Below the pieces are notes generated by a model. It was not told the origin of the DNA. It worked only from the letters and a program-made list of their open reading frames with translations, and made no database searches. From contig NW_021826136.1 of NCBI RefSeq assembly GCF_006345805.1, positions 1 to 13,459 on the forward strand: DNA of 13,459 bases, read 5' to 3'. The stretch's first letter is position 1. Every line of letters begins with the position of its first letter. Shown here in pieces: positions 8,251-13,459 of this stretch. The stretch comes from Octopus sinensis (taxonomy: Eukaryota). A program made the translations under genes and the position numbers.

Positions 8251-10660
8251 AATAATATGGATCTCATCCATAATGTGAAAGTGACACCGACACTACTCTC
8301 GGATCACAACATGGTAGAGCTGACCATGTACGGGCCAAAAGAGAGCACGGACATGCAGCCTACAAGAAACCCTCAGAATCTTTCCAGCTTGAACTTCAAT
8401 AAGGCAAACTGGAAACAAATTGAGAAAGAGATCCTCAAACAAAACTGGCCTGAATGTCTCTCCTCGCCGGACATCGACAATTCATGTCTGTAATGCAAGC
8501 CATATGCTACAAATGTGTCCCAGAGAGAAAGGCCACTGTACACAAGAACAAAATCCCCAGAGAGAGGAAAATTTTAATGAGATGGCGTACAAAAATTTCA
8601 AATCCCCTGAACAAACAAATTGAAAGCAGTGAAAAGTCCCGCCTGAAAATAAAACTGTTGGAAATTGAAATTGTCTGCAACTCTCCCATGAGAAGGAAGA
8701 GCAGACAAAGAAACCTGGGCTATAGACAACCATAAAAACTAACCCCAGAGCTTTCTACAGGTATGCCAAAGAAACAGCTACGGTGCACTGTAGGATAGGG
8801 CCACTCCTTGAAAAGGATGGCACACTCACAGGAAAACCATGAGGGTAAGTGAAATACTGAATGAACAATTCAAGAGTGTTTTCACTCCACCCCTCGGGCA
8901 TTTCCAAATCAGCAATCCAACTGACTTCTTTACCACTGCAGATATATAATCAGAGGCGGCGACGATAAATTACATCGATATAAAGGAAGACGATGTAATA
9001 AAGGCTATAGATGAAATGAAAACAGACTCAGCTATTGGCCCGATGGATTCCCGGCAATCCTCCTAAAAGTATGTAAGAGAGTCTTAGCAGCAAGACACTG
9101 CAGTTCCTCTTCAGAGCTTCCTTGCAGCTGGCAAACTTCCAAGAAAACTGAAGGAAGGTAAAATATTGCCCTATTAATAAAGGAGGTAGCAGAGCGGAGG
9201 CCAAGAACTACAGACCTATCTCTCTGACCTCACACATCAGCAAGGTCATGGAACGAATAGTCAGAAGGAAACTAATCACCTTCCTTGAAGAAAATAACTT
9301 GCTGCCTGACACCCAACATGGTTTCCAACAGGAAGAAGTGCTTAACTCAGCTCCTGCAGCACTATGACTGGGGCTGAAACAACTGCTCAACCACTCAAAT
9401 GTGGAAGTCATATATCGACTTCGCAAAGGCCTTCGATAAAGTCGATCATGGAATGATATGTCACAAACTGCGTGACCTTGGCATAGTTGGAAAACTAGGA
9501 GAATGGCTTCACGACTTTCTGAAGATAGAAGTCAGGTGGTAGTAGCCAATGGGGCCACTTCCATTAGCATGCAAATAGTGAGCGGTGTTCCACAGGGCAC
9601 TGTTTTGGGACCCACTATGTTCATAATGGCCCTCTCAGACATGCCCTCAGCCACGCGGAGAGCCACGATCACAAGTTATGCAGATGATACAAAAGTTTCA
9701 CAGGCAATACAGAACCCTGAAGAACACTAGGCACCTGCAATATGAGCTGGACGAAATATACAAGTGGCTGAAAAAGAATAGCATGCAGTTCAATGCTGAA
9801 AAGTTTCAAGCTTTATACTATCAGCATGCAAAACTGAATGCAATACCCAAGAATACACCGGACCCGGAGGGATTGCAATCCCAGAGCACAATCAGTGCGT
9901 GACCTGGGTATTCACATGAGTGATGACGCGACCTTTCATGTACATGTTGCTAAACTGACAATGAAAGCAGACGGCTGGCTGGATGGATTCTTAGAACCTT
10001 TTAGAACAAGAGAACAAGAACCATGATGGTCCTCTGGAAGACACTTGTCCTAAGCCACTTTGACTATTGCTCTCAGCTATGGTCACCATCCAGTGTCAAG
10101 TTGATCACAGAACTTGAGGCGATCCAACGAAGCTACACGAAGAAGATAGCCTCTATGCAGAATGTAGCTACTGAGGAAAGACTCAGAGATTAAAATTATA
10201 TTCCCTGGAGCGTAGGCGGGAAAGATATGCCATATAAATCGAAGATCCTGGAGGGAAGTGTCCTGAACTTGGCATCGAGAGTAACGCAAATGCCAGAACT
10301 GGGCGCCACTGCGTGGTGCCTAGGACTCCAAAACTGCCATCAAGATGTAGGACAAGATTCTGTGATAGCCTGGGCTTCCGAGGCCCACAGCTCTTCAATA
10401 TCCTCCCGAAGAACCTGAGAGACCTGCATGGTGGATACAGATGTCTTTAAAATGGAGCTGATCTCTTCTCCTGTCAGATGTCCCAGATGAACCAACTTCA
10501 CGGCAGGAGGGGCAGATGAGGGCAGCTGCATCGAACTCTCTCATACACCAAATAGCAGTTGCTGAAAGCCTCCATGAAGTGAAACCAAGTAGCACACCAA
10601 ATGGCGGGCCCCAGCATGGCCACAGCTCATAAGCTGAAACTAGAATCAATCAATCAATCA
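8251..10660 (+). mobile_element. 5'-truncated non-LTR retrotransposon (CR1/L2-group LINE), disrupted ORF2: APE endonuclease C-terminus plus reverse transcriptase, 3' UTR and (AATC)4 tail
   Basis: Hand translation across frameshifts gives LLSDHNMV (endonuclease SDH), NFNKANW, SEILNEQFKSVF, YRPISLTSHISKVMERIV (from 9209), QHGF, DFAKAFDKVDHG (9417), SGVPQGTVLGP (9581-9613), YADDTK (9677), FNAEKFQ, VRDLG, DYCSQLWSP, SLERRRERYAI and GPQLFNILP. Tail AATCAATCAATCAATC at 10644-10659. Numerous frameshifts and stops. Clade assigned from motif recall. Confidence 0.93.
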
Positions 10661-10691
10661 TATATATATATATATATATATGAATCCATAC

Positions 10692-10948
10692 ATTTTTTTC
10701 ATGGCTGGAGTACCACCATGACTTTCCCTCCTTATGCTGTGCTCTTTGCACGTTCCTTGCATGGCTCTTCTTCGCCAACTGATGTAGTCAAATCAAGACT
10801 TTCGATGGCACATTTGGTGTATAAGATAATTTGACATCGCTGGAATCGTGGATTGGAAAGTGTCGAATTTTGCTTTCAAGACCTTTCATCCATGCAGGTT
10901 TTCAAATATTTTGGCGGGGCATTAAGAGCTGAGATCCTCGCTCTAAAA
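10692..10948 (-). mobile_element. Older, diverged 3' fragment of a related LINE, tail-to-tail with the long copy
   Basis: With two 1-nt gaps the minus strand gives GSQL(F)NAPPKYLK(D)LHG..KVLKAKFDTF, versus GPQLFNILPKNLRDLHG..DVFKMEL(D)LF at 10381-10470. Shares ACCTGCATGG and ATACACCAAAT; ends ATGGTGGTACTCCAGCCATGAAAAAAA, similar to the LINE tail. Confidence 0.7.
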
Positions 10949-11014
10949 TATGTATGGATATATATATATTATATATAGCTATATATATTATATATATATA
11001 TATATATAATGTAG

Positions 11015-11045
<31 letters not shown>

Positions 11046-11064
11046 TGTATGAATGTGTTGTTAG

Positions 11065-11280
11065 TGTGTCTGTGTTTTGTCCCCCCCCCACATTCGCTTG
11101 ACAACAAATGCTGATGTGTTGGCGTCCCCGTAACTATACGGTTCAGCAAAGAAGACCGATGAGAGTAAGTACTGGGCTTAGAAAGAATAAGTCCTGCGGG
11201 TCAATTTGTTCGACTAAAGGCGGTGCTCCAGCATGGGCGCAGTCAAATGATTGAAGCAAGTAAACGAATAAGAAAAGAAT
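11065..11280 (+). mobile_element. 3' half of SINE family A
   Basis: tgtgtctgtgttttgtcccccccc...cgcttgacaac...gtccccgtaact...aataagtcctg...gttcgactaaaggcggtgctccagcatgg...gcaagtaaacgaataagaaaagaat; reverse complement of the 2223-2400 region. Confidence 0.88.
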
Positions 11281-11583
11281 ATATATATATATATATATAT
11301 GCATATGTATATGTATATATATACTTATATAACATATATATATATCTTCATATATATATATGTAAATATAATTATATATATATATATATAGATATATATA
11401 TTATATTATATATAAGGGCTTAGTAAAATAAATTACTTTGCCACATACTGAACTCATTAGAAATAGCAGCTAAAGAAATTTCTTCAGCTATTTCTAATAC
11501 TTAAAGAAGATCTCTCTCAGATAGTGCTTGCCCTAGACCACTCACAAAGTTATGGGGGGCAAAAACATTAAAAATCAAGTGCA

Positions 11584-11654
11584 AAGGTTATTTGAGAACG
11601 TACGTTTCTAGATTAGTCAATTCGACATTTCTTTCTTTCAGCTCAGAATTCCTT
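11584..11654 (-). ncRNA. Second copy of the candidate hammerhead ribozyme (core reads CTGAAAGA, one extra A)
   Basis: Reverse complement of 11995-12064 except for a 1-nt insertion in the A run of the core. Confidence 0.5.
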
Positions 11655-11994
11655 GAATCTGATTTGGGAACACTGAAAGTCGGGAGGGCATACCCTTTCG
11701 CTTCTTATCACTTCTAGAATTCTGCTCGAACTAAAAGTGCTACCAAATTCGAATATGCAAGCGAAGAATTTCTGCTCTCCCCCTTTCCACCAGCGTGGGT
11801 TTAAAATTGACAAACACCATGTATTAACGGTGAAACCCCATCATTTAACAGAGAAAGATGAATTATAATTTCAACAATTGAGGGTAAAATTAATTATTTT
11901 AATCAATTTCACCAAGTATTCAGTATGTAAAGGGACCATTTTAGGCGAATTCAAAATATTACATTATATATAAGGGCTTAGTAAAATCCGATTC

Positions 11995-12064
11995 AAGGAA
12001 TTCTGAGCTGAAGAAAGAAATGTCGAATTGACTAATCTAGAAACGTACGTTCTCAAATAACCTT
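11995..12064 (+). ncRNA. Candidate minimal type I hammerhead ribozyme
   Basis: Stem I TGAG(12004-07)/CTCA(12052-55), extended by AAGG(11995-98)/CCTT(12061-64) across a 5x5 loop. Core CTGAAGA at 12008-14. Stem II AGA/TCT plus GTC/GAC with loop GAATT. GAAA at 12040-43. Stem III A-T and C-G closing palindromic GTAC. Cleavage triplet GTT (after 12051). One non-canonical A.A opposition at the base of stem II. Confidence 0.65.
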
Positions 12065-12395
12065 TGCACTTGATTTTTTAATGTTTTTTCCCCCACACCT
12101 TTGTGAGTTGGTCTAGGCAAGCACTATCTGAGAGAGATCTTCTTTAAGTATTAGAAATAGCTGAAGAAATTTCTTTAGCTGCTATTTCTAATGAGTCAGT
12201 ATGTGGCAAAGTATTTATTTTACTAAGCCCTTATATATAATGTAATATTTTGAATTCGCCTAAAATGGTCCCTTTACATACTGAATACTTGGTGAAATTG
12301 ATTAATAATTAATTAATTTTACCCTCATTGTTGAGAGTATATAATATATATATTATATATATATATATATTCTATATATATATATATGTATAAGG

Positions 12396-12550
12396 GTGTG
12401 TATGCATGTATGTATGTATGTATTAATATATGAATATATAAAAGATATGAAGGAATATGTAAGTGGATATGTGTGTGGTAGTATTGGATTGTTTGCTTGT
12501 GTGTGGTGTGTGTGTGTGTGTGTGAGTGTGTGCGTTTGTATTTGTGTGCA
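12396..12550. repeat. (ATGT)n and (GT)n microsatellites
   Basis: Read directly. Confidence 0.85.
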
Positions 12551-12731
12551 TCTGACTAAAACAGCTGTCTCTGCATGTTTGCTTATAAATGTAAATGGGG
12601 TGAGCGAAGTGAATGTACACAGACAAAGCTATTAGTACGATTGTCACAAAATGTGTATTCGCGTTTTTAAATATTATGTTAATATCAATTATGGAGTGGA
12701 GAGTAAATATATAGTCTTTCTTTTCTTCTGG

Positions 12732-12789
12732 CTATTGATAGGTCTTGGGAATTGGCGAGACATTATTTATGCTTCGGAAATTATGAAAC
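12732..12789 (-). other. Candidate terminal coding exon after a strong 3' splice acceptor (unconfirmed)
   Basis: Minus strand tttcctttttatctatttattcatttatttttatttttgcAG|G (AG at 12791-12790), then a phase-2 frame FHNFRSINNVSPIPKTYQ*; no homology recognised. Confidence 0.3.
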
Positions 12790-12974
12790 CTGCAAAAATA
12801 AAAATAAATGAATAAATAGATAAAAAGGAAATCCAGATATCGCAAAGAATTGTCCAAGCTCCGTAGACTAAAGACAAACAGAGACCGAGTTAATAGTGTG
12901 CGCTTGAGCTGGAACAAAGTCACATGATTTTATGAGCAGACAGGGACTTGTCCCGATTCAATGTGTCCCTATAA

Positions 12975-13060
12975 GTGTCTGGTATTTTATTTTATCGATT
13001 GTATTATATAGATCGCTAAAAATACTTAGACCATTATAGGAATTGAACTCAAGAATGTGG
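12975..13060 (-). mobile_element. Degenerate SINE family B fragment
   Basis: ctggtattttattttatcga and ggaattgaactcaagaatg resemble the reverse complements of the core (tcgattaaataagtaccag) and B-box (ttctgagttcaaattcc). Confidence 0.5.
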
Positions 13061-13189
13061 GGTTCATAACTGACATCGAAATGCCTGCTTTACCGTCTAT
13101 CGTCTTAAATCACTTGAATGATTATATATTGTAGTTGTGGCTGTATATACATATGTGTGTGTCTGTGTGTCTATATGCATGAAACATTC

Positions 13190-13400
13190 CTTTCATCTTG
13201 TACCGATTTCAGTCATTTAACTGCAGCCATGCTGGGGAACAAACTCAAAGCATTTTAGTCGAAGAAATCGAACCCAGGACTTATTTTTTTAACTAAGGGC
13301 TTATTATACCGGTCTCTTACGTCGAAGCGCTGGATTACAGGGCATAAACACACCAGCATTGGTTCTCAAGCAATGGCAAGGCGGAGACAAACATAGGCGC
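13190..13400 (-). mobile_element. 3' half of SINE family A, diverged
   Basis: tttcagtcatttaactgcagccatgctgggg...ttttagtcgaagaaatcgaacccaggacttatt...taaacacaccagcattggttctcaagcaatgg; colinear with 2243-2390. Confidence 0.85.
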
Positions 13401-13459
13401 ACACACATGAGAGTGAGTTATCACGCCTGTCCATGGCCTGTCTATGGTGTTTTTACACC

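Larger units (their letters stand above)
11398..12334. mobile_element. Non-coding Penelope-like (pseudo-LTR/retrozyme-type) insertion: circularly permuted 558-bp monomer plus inverted partial copy
   Basis: 11405-11659 is the reverse complement of 11990-12241. 11871-11987 is the reverse complement of 12216-12334. A 25-bp direct repeat ATTATATATAAGGGCTTAGTAAAAT lies at 11405 and 11963. Each arm has a hammerhead-like motif, and (TA)n flanks both sides. The repeat geometry is directly seen; the Penelope-like assignment is inference. Confidence 0.7.

Noticed and set aside
8241-8256. Target-site duplication for the LINE
   Set aside because: No convincing match between the 5' flank and the (TA)n 3' flank.
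9208-10649. Minus-strand ORFs 9208-9426, 10083-10289, 10183-10398, 10340-10531, 10395-10649
   Set aside because: Antisense frames of the LINE ORF2; no independent motifs.
12161-12167. Second CTGAAGA hammerhead-like core
   Set aside because: Buried in the 43-nt hairpin, with no properly placed downstream GAAA and stems.
11398-12334. Interpretation as a MITE/foldback DNA transposon
   Set aside because: The inverted repeats are not terminal-to-terminal (the right end pairs with the interior at 11871), there is a 558-bp circular permutation, and no TSD is discernible.

Overview
AT-rich, microsatellite-dense eukaryotic DNA with no intact protein-coding gene. The SINE/LINE repertoire and repeat density look like a cephalopod, probably Octopus (inference from recall, not a search). 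It holds two tRNA-headed SINE families in several full and partial copies, a 5'-truncated and frameshifted ~2.4 kb CR1/L2-group LINE ORF2 (8251-10660), an older related LINE 3' fragment, and two ~45 bp LINE-tail-only insertions. The most unusual feature is a ~940 bp non-coding element at 11398-12334, flanked on both sides by (TA)n. It consists of a circularly permuted 558-bp monomer with a 25-bp terminal redundancy, joined head-to-head to an inverted ~345 bp partial copy of itself. Each arm carries a candidate minimal type I hammerhead ribozyme (CUGAAGA...GAAAC-GUAC-GUU), as expected for a Penelope-like pseudo-LTR or retrozyme. The SINE 3' tails also visibly match the LINE 3' end. Almost all ORFs in the supplied track are microsatellite artefacts or frames/antisense frames of the LINE.
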